From an uncultured delta proteobacterium (GTDB lineage Bacteria; Desulfobacterota; Binatia; UBA9968): DNA of 64,000 nucleotides. Below are positions 28,545 through 41,735 of this stretch, piece after piece. Under the pieces are notes generated by a model. That model was given only the letters and a program-made list of their open reading frames with translations, had not been told where the DNA came from and did no database searches. Numbering within the stretch: position 1 is the first letter of the stretch; the number at the start of each line of letters is the position of its first letter. Both the position numbers and the translations under genes were made by a program. The stretch spans positions 64,001-128,000 of the forward strand of contig CAVXEP010000013.1 of NCBI GenBank assembly GCA_963760795.1, given 5' to 3'.

Positions 28545-29534
28545 CTACGGTCGCAGCTTATACTTTCGCTCGATCTCCTCGACATAGCCGCTCTTTACCA
28601 CCTTGGTCAGGATGCGCTGATCGAGCAGCTCCTCGACGTTGAAATTCTTAATCTTGGGATCGCGCATAGCTATGACCTCCTGGGCGGTCTTCAGTCCCCT
28701 GGGGGTGACGAAGGTGTAAGAGGTCAGGTCTTCGAGAAGTAATTTGTAACCCAGCTCGGCGAGCTGGCGGTCGACCTTGATATATTTTTGCAGCAAGGCG
28801 ACGCCGCGCTCTTTATTCGCGCGCATGAACGCGCTGGCTTCGATCATGGTCTTGATAAAGTTCTCAATGGTCTGCGGATTCTTTAGCACAAAAGCCTCGG
28901 CGCACATGAAGGGGCTTGAAGGCAGGGGTATCTTGCTCAAGTCGAGCAACGGTTTCACTCCCAGAGTTTGCAGCCGCGCCGATTGCAATTTATCCAACGC
29001 GGCGCCGTCGATGATGCCGGACGCCAATGACTGGGCGATCACGGTGCTGTCGCCGATCGCTTGGATGCTGATGTTGTCCCTTTGCGGGTCGAGACCCATT
29101 TCGCGCAGCGACAGCATGGTGAGGCTCCAGAGCAGACCGCTGAAATCCTGCACGCCGATTTTCTTGCCGCGCAAATCGGCTGGCTTGGTTATCGACGGCG
29201 CCACCAGAAAATCGTAGGAAGCCCGTTCGGCGAACAGCGACATGATGATCTTGAGCTTGGCGCCTTGGGCGGCCGCTGTCAGCATACTCGACGCGCTGCC
29301 GCGGACGAACTGCACTTCGTTGGAGACCAGCGCCGTGACCTGGATCGGTGCGCTGCGCACCGCGACCAGGTCGGCTTCCAGTCCGTGCTTGGCGAAGAGG
29401 CCTTCCTCTTTAGCAAGCCACACCGGCGTCCCCGACGCGGCCACGCCGGAATAGGCGATGCGAATCGGCTCGGCGCGCACCGGCGCGGTCCACAGCATTA
29501 GAACAGCGATCAGCAAGAGTCTGGTAGCGACCAT
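28545..29534 (-). CDS. ABC substrate-binding protein (SsuA/NMT1-THI5 type), orphan
   Basis: Signal peptide MVATRLLLIAVLMLWTAPVRA; PVWLAKEEGLFAKHGL, DLRGKKIGV; GGAGG RBS before ATG 29534. Confidence 0.88.
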   Translation of the reverse strand: MVATRLLLIAVLMLWTAPVRAEPIRIAYSGVAASGTPVWLAKEEGLFAKHGLEADLVAVRSAPIQVTALVSNEVQFVRGSASSMLTAAAQGAKLKIIMSLFAERASYDFLVAPSITKPADLRGKKIGVQDFSGLLWSLTMLSLREMGLDPQRDNISIQAIGDSTVIAQSLASGIIDGAALDKLQSARLQTLGVKPLLDLSKIPLPSSPFMCAEAFVLKNPQTIENFIKTMIEASAFMRANKERGVALLQKYIKVDRQLAELGYKLLLEDLTSYTFVTPRGLKTAQEVIAMRDPKIKNFNVEELLDQRILTKVVKSGYVEEIERKYKLRP

Positions 29535-29702
29535 GGCGACTATCCTCCCTGCACAGGTAACGAGAGATATTGGGAACCAAGCATTGCTAATGGCGCTTCT
29601 AACATGGGGCCGGTTCGCCTGACAATGACAATCGTTCTCCCCGGGCACCGGCCGAAAGATTTGAATTCTCAGGTACCCCGGAAACTGCTACAGTGACTGC
29701 GA

Positions 29703-30997
29703 ATGAAACGCCTGCCCACGGCAAACGGTCCATCCGCCCTGCCCGCCATCAACCAGCGCCGTCTCATGCGCGACTTGAACGCCATCGGCCGCATTGGCAT
29801 CGGCAACCGCGGCGGTGTGACGCGTCTGGTGTTTTCCATCAAAGAATTGCGCAGCCGGCAAGTATTGATCCACCTGATGCGCCAGGCCGGATTGAAAATC
29901 CACATCGACGCCATCGGCAACATCTTCGGCCGGCTCGAAGGCCGCGATGCAAAAGCGCCGGCGGTGCTGTCGGGCTCGCACTTGGACACGGTGATTCATG
30001 GCGGCAAGTATGACGGCCCGGTGGGCGTCATCGGCGCGCTGGAGGCGGTGCGCACCATCGGCGAGAATAAAATTCCAATCCGCTCGCCGCTGGAGGTCGT
30101 CTGCTTCGTCGGCGAGGAATCGAGCCGCTTTGGCTTCTCGACCCTCGGCAGCAGCCTGGTGGCCGGCGAAGTCCATGCGAAAGATCTTGCCAATGCCGTC
30201 GACGCCCAGGGAACCAAACTCGCCGATGTACTTTCAAGCCTTGGCATCGTGGCGAAAAGCTTGCGCGGCCTCGCCCGCGATCCGAAAAGCCTCAAGGCCT
30301 ATCTCGAACTACACATCGAACAAGGACCGATCTTAGAAGCCATCGGCAAGCGCATCGGCCTGGTCACCTCCATCGCCGCACCGAGCCGGTTCAAAGTCAT
30401 CTTCACCGGCCAGGCCGATCATTCCGGCACGACGCCGATGGAGATGCGCAAAGACGCCCTAGTCGCCGCGGCGCTGCTGATCGAGTTCATCGAAGCGACC
30501 TGCCGCGAGTTCTCGTCCATGATCAAAGGCCGCGTCGTCGGCACCGTCGGCGCAATGAAGATCGAACCCGGCGTCATCAACGCCGTGCCGGGCAGAACCG
30601 AACTGCTGGTCGATATCCGCGCCATCACCGCGCCGGCGAAAAACCGCGTTGCCCGCCTGGTCAAGGCGCAAGCGCAACGTATCGCACGCCAGCGCAGTCG
30701 TCGGCGTCGAAGTCCTGACGATACGCGAAGAAGACCCTGTGCCGCTGGATAAGCGGCTCTTGCGGCTGACGCGGCAAATCTGCGATGCCAAGACAAATCA
30801 TCTATGAGATCATGCCGTCGGGCGCCGGCCACGACGCCATGCAGATGGCCAAGATCACCCCGGCGGGAATGATTTTCATTCCCAGCCAACGCGGCATCAG
30901 CCACAACCCGCTCGAATGGACCGATCCCGACGACATCGGATTGGGCACACAATTACTCATGGAAACGATGATCCGAGTCGCCAATGAAACGTTCTAA
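29703..30997 (+). CDS. M20-family Zn hydrolase (allantoate amidohydrolase / N-carbamoylase / beta-ureidopropionase); frameshifts near 30700 and 30790
   Basis: GSHLDTV, GGKYDGPVGV, EESSRF, ELHIEQGP, ADHSGTTPM; tail SGAGHDA...GISHNPLE lies in another frame. Confidence 0.88.
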
Positions 30998-31151
30998 CAA
31001 GCCGTTGAAAAAACCTCATATGCCACAGCCTGACTACGGCAGGCGTTACGATAGTTGCACTCAATCGCCGCGCGCCAACGTACGGGCAAGTATGCCTCCG
31101 CTCGTCGATCCATCGTGCGCCTCGCCTCTGAGTACTTTTTGAACAGCTTGT
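30997..31151. mobile_element. Putative MITE (non-autonomous, about 155 bp)
   Basis: Terminal inverted repeats ACAAGCCGTTGAAAAA / TTTTTGAACAGCTTGT; left end abuts the TAA stop of the M20 gene; no coding capacity. Confidence 0.6.
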
Positions 31152-31180
31152 AAACCTAATGTCATACTCATATCGGAGTC

Positions 31181-31732
31181 TTGATGGCGAAGCAGAATAA
31201 CAAAACAAAAAAGAAACGCATCCTTAATGCCGGGCAAATCAAAGTCATTCTCGAACGCTTCGCCCGCGAGATGGCCAAGCAATATGGCAGCTTCGATCAA
31301 GTGGCGTTCATCGGCGTGCGCACCCGCGGGCCTTACATCGCCAAACGGCTGGCCGAAATCGTCAAGAGGCGCCACGGCAAGGATATCCCCATCGGCGAGA
31401 TGGACATCACGCTGTATCGCGACGATTTGAACGCTCTCCTGCCCGGCGGCACCATCGACCACACGCGCATCCCCTTCGATATCGCCAACAAGATCGTCGT
31501 GCTCTTCGATGACGTCTTGAACACCGGCCGCACCGTGCGCGCGGCGGTCGATCATCTTATCGATCTCGGCCGCCCGCGCATGATCCACCTGGCGGTGATG
31601 ATCGACCGTGGCGGCCGCGAACTGCCAATCGCCGCCAACTACGTCGGCAAGCGGATCGATCTAAAAGCCGGCGGCAACGTCGAAGTCAAGCTGAAAGAAG
31701 TCGACAGGACCGAGGAAGTATTGGTGGAGTGA
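31181..31732 (+). CDS. pyrR: Bifunctional pyrimidine regulatory protein / uracil phosphoribosyltransferase
   Basis: GVRTRG, MDITLYRDDL, VLFDDVLNTGRTVRAA, IDRGGRELPIAANYVGK. Confidence 0.9.
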   Translation: MMAKQNNKTKKKRILNAGQIKVILERFAREMAKQYGSFDQVAFIGVRTRGPYIAKRLAEIVKRRHGKDIPIGEMDITLYRDDLNALLPGGTIDHTRIPFDIANKIVVLFDDVLNTGRTVRAAVDHLIDLGRPRMIHLAVMIDRGGRELPIAANYVGKRIDLKAGGNVEVKLKEVDRTEEVLVE

Positions 31733-31823
31733 AGAAAGACCTTATTCGCCACGGACGGCAAGGTTTATGCGCGGTGGGCGGATGATTTAACCGCATTGTA
31801 ACAATTAGACTTGACACAATTCG

Positions 31824-31860
31824 GCCCTCGTGGTGACTTACCGCCACGAGGGCTTTTTTT
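31824..31860 (+). terminator. Intrinsic terminator between pyrR and the ABC operon (possible attenuator)
   Basis: GCCCTCGTGGTG-ACTTAC-CGCCACGAGGGC followed by T7, 17 nt before ATG 31878. Confidence 0.75.
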
Positions 31861-31877
31861 CAGCGTAGGAGGTTAAT

Positions 31878-33194
31878 ATGCATCGAACATTGTTCATTTT
31901 TATGACGGCGTTGCTCTGTTTCGTCAATGACATCGCTTCAGCCAGAGACGTCGTCATCGTTACCTCGTTCCCCAAGGAACTGTTCGAGACCTATAAAAAA
32001 ACCTTTGAAGCAAAACATCCCGGCACGACGGTGGTCATCAACAGCAAGCAAACCAACGCCGGGGTCACTTACTTGCGCGAGACCAAGGCAAAACCCGAAG
32101 CGGATATATTTTGGGTAAGCGCACCGGATGCGTTTCAGACCCTCGACACCGATGGCCTGTTGGAAAAGTACGCGCCGCCCAAGGAGATCATGGCCAAGAT
32201 CCCGGCCAAGATCGGCAACTTTCCGATTCACGATCCCGAAGGAAAATATTTCGGCTTCGCCATCAGCGGCTACGGTTTGATGTGGAATAAAAATTACATG
32301 AAAGCGCACAAGTTGCCGCCGCCCAAGGAGTGGACCGACTTGACCCAAGCGCGCTACTACAATCATCTGATCATCAGCGCCCCGTCGCGCAGCGGCACCA
32401 CGCACCTGACCGTCGAGACCATCCTGCAAGCCTATGGCTGGGACAAAGGCTGGGCGTTGCTCCTCAACGCCGGCGGCAACATGGGCAGCATTACCGAGCG
32501 CAGCTTCGGTGTTCCCGAGGCGGTCATCAGCGGTCAATACGGCGTCGGCGTGGTCATTGATTTTTTTGGCCTATCGGCCATCGCCAGCGGCCAGCCGGTG
32601 GAGTTCGCCTATCCGTCATTAACCTCCGTAGTGCCGGCCAGCGTCGGCATCGTCAAAGGCGGTCCCAACCCGCAGGAGGCGCGCGCTTTCGTCAATTACC
32701 TTCTCAGCGAAGCGGGACAGACCGTGTTGTTCGCCCCGGAGATCGCCCGCTTGCCGGTGATCCCGGAGCTCTACGCCAAAGCGCCCAAGGATTATCCCAA
32801 TCCGTTCAAGAAAAAACTCGGCGGCGTCGAATTCAACGACGAGCTGTCATCGACTAGGCGCGACGTCGTGAACTCGCTGTACGACCACATCATCACCTTC
32901 CGCCACAAAGAACTGCGCGAGGCCTGGAAGAGCATTTACAGCGCCGAAGAAGCGCTGGCAAAAAGCAAAGCGGCCAGCGCAGCCCAAGGGAAATCGCTGA
33001 TCGCCGACGCGCGCAAATTCGCGACCCAAATGCCGATTAATGATAAGCGCGCCGCCGACAAAGAAGTCAGCGGCGCCTTCAAGTCCAAGTCCGGCCTCAA
33101 ATCCCAGCTCGAAACCGAATGGGAAAACGCCGCCCGCGGCAACTACAACAAAGCCAAAGAGCTAGCGGAAAAAGCCGCGGCATTGGCGAAGTAG
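31878..33194 (+). CDS. ABC substrate-binding protein, PgtC/Fe(III)-SBP-like
   Basis: Signal peptide; VVIVTSFP, PSRSGTTHLTVETILQAYGWDKGW, SFGV, VVIDFFG resemble PgtC-type proteins. Confidence 0.8.
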   Translation: MHRTLFIFMTALLCFVNDIASARDVVIVTSFPKELFETYKKTFEAKHPGTTVVINSKQTNAGVTYLRETKAKPEADIFWVSAPDAFQTLDTDGLLEKYAPPKEIMAKIPAKIGNFPIHDPEGKYFGFAISGYGLMWNKNYMKAHKLPPPKEWTDLTQARYYNHLIISAPSRSGTTHLTVETILQAYGWDKGWALLLNAGGNMGSITERSFGVPEAVISGQYGVGVVIDFFGLSAIASGQPVEFAYPSLTSVVPASVGIVKGGPNPQEARAFVNYLLSEAGQTVLFAPEIARLPVIPELYAKAPKDYPNPFKKKLGGVEFNDELSSTRRDVVNSLYDHIITFRHKELREAWKSIYSAEEALAKSKAASAAQGKSLIADARKFATQMPINDKRAADKEVSGAFKSKSGLKSQLETEWENAARGNYNKAKELAEKAAALAK

Positions 33195-33246
33195 TTGCAC
33201 GGGAGCCGCATAAAGCGGCTGAGCGACGACAAATGGAACCAGTCAT

Positions 33247-33327
33247 TTACCGCGAAGGCACGAAGTTCACGAAGGGTTCCGAGAATTAAAAATTCCGAAC
33301 TTCGTGTTCTTCGTGCCTTCGTGGTGA
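33247..33327. repeat. Nonamer-type (CACGAAG) tandem/inverted repeat
   Basis: TTACCGCGAAGGCACGAAGTTCACGAAG ... CTTCGTGTTCTTCGTGCCTTCGTGGTGA, inside the SBP-permease interval. Confidence 0.8.
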
Positions 33328-33352
33328 GTAATAACTCCAGCGACTTCCACCC

Positions 33353-35059
33353 ATGGCGTTAACCACAACCGCGGTCACTGCACCGCCGCGCCAACGCATC
33401 GACTGGTGGCAAGGCGGCATCATGGCTGTCCTCCTGGCCATCCTCACCGCGTTCATTCTCTACCCCGTGCTCCGGGTCCTGTGGATTTCCGTTACTGACG
33501 ACGAGAGCAGTTTTACCCTAATTCACTTCGGCAACTTTTTTCGCCGGCCGCTGTTTCGCGAAGCGCTGTGGAACACTTTGTCGAGCGGCTTTCTCGTCGT
33601 CGTCTTTAGCGCGCTCCTGGCCTTGCCGCTGGCCTACGTGCTGGCGCGCTATGAGTTTCGCGGCAAGCTGCTGCTGCAAACCGCCGCGACTCTGCCGTTG
33701 GTGATTCCGCCTTTCGTTGGCGCGGTGGCGCTGCAATTGATTTTAGGGCGCAGCGGCATGGTCAACCTGCTGCTACTAGACTGGTTCGATATTTCGATCC
33801 CGTTCATGGAAGGGCTCACCGGGGTCGTTCTGGTGCAGACGCTGCACTTTTTTCCGTTCATACTGCTCAACACCGTGGTGTCGCTGTCGAACATCGACGC
33901 CTCCCTCGAAGAGATGGCGCAGAATCTCGGCTGCCATGGCTTTCGCCTGTTCCGCCGGGTGACTTTGCCGCTGATGCTGCCGGGCTTCGTCGCCGGCTCG
34001 CTTCTGACGTTCATCCGCGCCATCGACGACCTCGGCACGCCGCTGATGTTGAACTACAAGAATCTGCTGGCGCCCCAGGCGTATCTACGCATCACCACCA
34101 TCGGCATGGACGATGTCGACGGCTATGTCGTCTGCGTCGTGTTGGTCGTGCTTTCGATGGTAACGCTCTTGGCGGCGCGCAAATACTTGAGCCTGGCGGA
34201 ATACGCCACGGTGCAGCGCGCCGCGCCGATCTCACGTCAATTGCAAGGCAAGCAGCTCGCGCTCGTTTGGCTGGTCATCGCGGTCATCCTCGGCGTTAGC
34301 CTCTTGCCGCACATCGGCATCGTCCTGCTGTCGTTCGCCAAGGTCTGGAGCTTTTCGTTGTTACCGACGACCTATACTCTCGGCAATTACGAAGAAATCT
34401 TGTTTCGCGTGCCGCACTTCGTCATCAATACCTTGATCTACACGCTGCTCGCCGCCGCCCTCGACATCGTCCTCGGCGCCGCCATCGCCTTTCTATTACT
34501 GCGCACCGGCGTGCCGGGGCGCAATGTTCTCGACGCCATCGCGACCATGCCGCTGGCGATTCCCGGCGTGGTGCTGGCGGTCGGCTATTTGCGCGTGTTC
34601 CACGGCTGGGATTTCCCCGGTCTGGGCGCGCCGCTGACCTCGTCGTGGCTCATCCTCGTAGTCGCCTATACCATGCGCCGCCTGCCCTACACCGTGCGCG
34701 CCTGCTATGCCGCGCTGCAGCAAGTCCATATTACCCTCGAAGAGTCGGCGCAAAACTTGGGCGCCAACCGCTTCCGCACCTTCGTAAAAATCACCTTGCC
34801 GATGATTAGCGGCGGCCTGGTCGCCGGCGGGCTGATTGCGTTCGTAACTTCCTGCGTCGAATTGGCCTCGACCATCATGCTCGTGCCGCGCATCGAATTG
34901 GGGCCGATCTCTTACGGCATCTATCTCTACATGCAGAGTTCCCTGGGGCGCGGCGCCGGCGCGGCGTTGGGCGTGGTCGCCATCCTCCTGGTTTCCCTCG
35001 GCACCTATCTCACCCACCGGGTCTTTGGCGCCCGCGCCGGCAATGCATTTCGGGTGTAA
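33353..35059 (+). CDS. ABC transporter permease (FbpB type)
   Basis: Two EAA-type loops (LEEMAQNLG, LEESAQNLG) and multiple TM helices. Confidence 0.92.
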   Translation: MALTTTAVTAPPRQRIDWWQGGIMAVLLAILTAFILYPVLRVLWISVTDDESSFTLIHFGNFFRRPLFREALWNTLSSGFLVVVFSALLALPLAYVLARYEFRGKLLLQTAATLPLVIPPFVGAVALQLILGRSGMVNLLLLDWFDISIPFMEGLTGVVLVQTLHFFPFILLNTVVSLSNIDASLEEMAQNLGCHGFRLFRRVTLPLMLPGFVAGSLLTFIRAIDDLGTPLMLNYKNLLAPQAYLRITTIGMDDVDGYVVCVVLVVLSMVTLLAARKYLSLAEYATVQRAAPISRQLQGKQLALVWLVIAVILGVSLLPHIGIVLLSFAKVWSFSLLPTTYTLGNYEEILFRVPHFVINTLIYTLLAAALDIVLGAAIAFLLLRTGVPGRNVLDAIATMPLAIPGVVLAVGYLRVFHGWDFPGLGAPLTSSWLILVVAYTMRRLPYTVRACYAALQQVHITLEESAQNLGANRFRTFVKITLPMISGGLVAGGLIAFVTSCVELASTIMLVPRIELGPISYGIYLYMQSSLGRGAGAALGVVAILLVSLGTYLTHRVFGARAGNAFRV

Positions 35060-35061
35060 TC

Positions 35062-36189
35062 ATGAAAGCAGCTCAAGTCAGACTGGAAAATATCGGCAAA
35101 CGCTACGGCGAACAGTGGGTGGTCCGCGATGTCAACTTGCAGATCCAAGCGGGCGATTTTTTCACATTCCTGGGCCCCAGCGGCTGCGGCAAGACGACAT
35201 TGCTACGCATGATCGCCGGCTTCGCGATCCCGGATCAAGGATCGATTCACCTGGACGACCAGGAGGTCAGCCGCATGCCGCCATGGCAGCGCGACATCGG
35301 CATGGTGTTTCAGAATTACGCTCTCTGGCCGCACATGACGGTGTTTGAAAACGTCGCCTTCGGCCTGCGCGAGCGGAAAATCCGCCGCGGCGAAATTGTC
35401 AGCCGGGTGCACCAAGCTTTGGCGACCGTCGACCTCCAGGGCCGCGAGTCGCACCGGCCGTCGCAACTCTCCGGCGGCCAGCAACAACGCGTCGCCCTGG
35501 CGCGCATCCTGGTGATTCAGCCGAGGGTTGTGTTGCTCGACGAACCGCTGAGCAATCTCGACGCCAAGCTGCGCATCGAAATGCGCCTGGAATTATTGAA
35601 GCTGCAACGCGACCTCGGTCTGACCACGATCTACGTCACCCACGACCAGGAAGAGGCATTGGCGATGTCGACAAAGATCGCCGTGATCAATCACGGCCAA
35701 GTCGTTCAAGTGGGCCCGCCGCGCGCGATCTATGAGCGGCCGATTGACAACTTCGTCGCCGCCTTTGTCGGCCAAGCCAATTTGCTGGCGGGGAAAATTC
35801 GCTCGCGCAACGACCACACATGCGCGGTCGATATCGGCGATGGCAACGTCGTCCAAACCCATGCCGCGGCCGTAACTTTTCAAGCCGGCGACGCCGTGTG
35901 GCTGAGCCTGCGGCCGGAAGCGGTCGAACTATGGCCGCGCGGCGCCGAGAAACTATCTGTCAATGCTCTTGAGGGAAAGATAATTACCGCCGCCTATCAA
36001 GGCGCAGTCGTCGAATACGAAGTCAGCGCGGCGGCAACTATCCTCAAAGTTCGTGTCGCCAATTCGCAAGGGCAAACACTTTATCAGCGCGGCGATGAAG
36101 TAAGCCTATCTTTTGCTCCGGAAGCCGTCACCTGCTTGGCAGGATCTAGCGAGAAAGGCTATCCCAGTGAGCGGTGGCCCGCCAAGTAG
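35062..36189 (+). CDS. ABC transporter ATP-binding protein (FbpC/PotA type)
   Basis: GPSGCGKTT, LSGGQQQR, LLDEPLSNLDAKLR, TOBE tail. Confidence 0.93.
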   Translation: MKAAQVRLENIGKRYGEQWVVRDVNLQIQAGDFFTFLGPSGCGKTTLLRMIAGFAIPDQGSIHLDDQEVSRMPPWQRDIGMVFQNYALWPHMTVFENVAFGLRERKIRRGEIVSRVHQALATVDLQGRESHRPSQLSGGQQQRVALARILVIQPRVVLLDEPLSNLDAKLRIEMRLELLKLQRDLGLTTIYVTHDQEEALAMSTKIAVINHGQVVQVGPPRAIYERPIDNFVAAFVGQANLLAGKIRSRNDHTCAVDIGDGNVVQTHAAAVTFQAGDAVWLSLRPEAVELWPRGAEKLSVNALEGKIITAAYQGAVVEYEVSAAATILKVRVANSQGQTLYQRGDEVSLSFAPEAVTCLAGSSEKGYPSERWPAK

Positions 36190-36197
36190 TTGCGCCG

Positions 36198-36599
36198 CTA
36201 AATTTTGGCGAAGATATCCGGCTCAACGCGAGCCAGGCTCTGTGCTATCGCTTGTTGGTCGATCGCCTTGGCGATGTCGTCATAGCCGGCTTCAGAGACC
36301 ATTGACGGCAGGCGAGTCTTGAGCTGATCCAGAGTCCAGCGCACGGGATCGGTGATACCTTCGGCGAGCATGTCATGAACTGGGTTCTTCGGTGACGCAC
36401 CGACATGATAATGGGGCGTCTTGCTGAAGCAGTCGAAGCGCAAAATTCTCGCTCCTTCCTCTTCGCCCGCCACGGTGACATCGAAGGTCAACCCCTCATC
36501 GCCGCCGATGCCGCGGCGGTAATCCACCCAAATCCGCATACCCGCCGCCTCGATGACAACCGGATCGCTCTTCTTCGGCATAGATTGTTCTTTTTCCAT
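36198..36599 (-). CDS. Hypothetical protein with RFDCF..PHYH motif
   Basis: 133-aa ORF with normal codon usage, converging on the ATPase; motif ILRFDCFSKTPHYH. Confidence 0.7.
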   Translation of the reverse strand: MEKEQSMPKKSDPVVIEAAGMRIWVDYRRGIGGDEGLTFDVTVAGEEEGARILRFDCFSKTPHYHVGASPKNPVHDMLAEGITDPVRWTLDQLKTRLPSMVSEAGYDDIAKAIDQQAIAQSLARVEPDIFAKI

Positions 36600-36806
36600 G
36601 GTCCACGTCCCTTTCAGATTTGATGAGTAAACTTCCGAGCCAGCCCCGCGACACTAACAGCCTGCCGGCTGTTTGCGCAAACCAATTAAATAGCCCTCCG
36701 CTATACGCCGAGGGATCGCGCTTATGTCAAAGTCCGTTTGCTCTTTTTCGTTATTGCCGCGAACGCGAGAATCCCGGCTGGTATTCCCAATAGGCCGCCG
36801 CGATCA

Positions 36807-40505
<3,699 letters not shown>

Positions 40506-40509
<4 letters not shown>

Positions 40510-41495
40510 ATGATTTTCCTGTTTCGACTAGACGCAGTTTTGATCGGCAGGACCGCCCGGGCCACGAAAATCTCCACCGGCCGGTTGCCGTTGCGGGCGA
40601 TTTTCTCGCCGGCAAAAGAACCGGTTAGATCGTAATCCAACGATGGCGCCCCCGCGGCGCGAAACCAATCCTCAATGGAACCGCGATCAAAGCCGAGCCA
40701 CTGGTGCGCCATCTGCTCGCGCATCCAATCCTGCTTGTGTTCGACCAGATCGACGAGAATCACCGAGCCGCCGGGCCGGACGACGCGACAAAGACCGGCA
40801 ATCGCCCGCGCCGGATCGGGCAGAAAATGCAGCACCATCACGCAAAACGCAGCATCGAGACTGTGCGACTCTAACGGCAGCTTGAGCACGTCGCCCTGGC
40901 GAAATTCGACGTTGCCCAACTCTCGCTCCTTGGCGATGGTGCGAGCGCGCCGCAGCATTTCGCTCGATAGATCGACACCGATGACTTTGCGAGCGAAACG
41001 CGCCAGTTCGAAGGTCAAACTGCCGGTGCCACAACCGATATCGGCCAATGCAAGGTTGCGCGGCAGCAATTTCTCGATCGCCAGCGAGGTTACGCGGTCG
41101 TCGAAATAACTCTGGCGAATGCGCTCCCAGTCGCCGGCCACCGATTCGAAATAATTTTGCGAACGGTGCAGGCGGCGGCGCCGGCATGCTTCCAAGCGCG
41201 CCCGATCTTTTTTGACCTCGGGGATTTCACCGAGCTTGGTTTGGAGAGACTCGAACAGTTCGCGCGCCGGCTCCGGCATGTCGGCGCGGACCGAGAAGTA
41301 AACACTGGTGCCTTCCTTGCGGTCCCGCACGAAGCCCGCTTCGCGCAGCATCGCCAAGTTGCGCGATACCGACGACTGCATCGATGCTACTACCTCTTGC
41401 ACCTCGCCGACGGTCAACTCTTCTTCGGCAACCGCCGCGAGCACGCGCAAGCGCAATGGATCGGCCAAGGTTTTGAGTGTGCGTACGAAATCCAT
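40506..41495 (-). CDS. ArsR-HTH + SAM-binding methyltransferase-fold regulator (SahR-like)
   Basis: [10 protein letters not shown]...[15 protein letters not shown] wHTH fused to ADIGCGTG; its stop overlaps the metH start. Confidence 0.85.
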
Positions 41496-41503
41496 AGCTC
41501 AAT

Positions 41504-41536
41504 ACAATATCTATCATTATATGCGAATATTGTGAT
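41504..41536 (-). promoter_or_regulatory. AT-rich palindromic operator/promoter upstream of the SahR-like gene
   Basis: Imperfect inverted repeats ATCATTATAT-GCGA-ATATTGTGAT and ACAATAT...ATATTGT; minus strand contains TATAAT. Confidence 0.45.
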
Positions 41537-41735
41537 GATGACAACAACGCTGCCGGATCGGCCTTGGACCGAGGACAGGTCATCGATAGGGCGCCGTGTC
41601 GCAAATCCACTCACCGATCAGTCCGCGCCAACTTCCTACCGGGACTACGGGCATTATCTTATACTTTCCCAATGGCCGGTAGAAAAAATCCTTAACGCGA
41701 GCGCGGAAAAAGGGCGGCCGCGCCAATGCAAGCAA

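Noticed and set aside
41540-41735. SAM, SAH or cobalamin riboswitch upstream of the sahR-metH unit
   Set aside because: No recognisable conserved aptamer core on either strand by eye; an Rfam scan would settle it.
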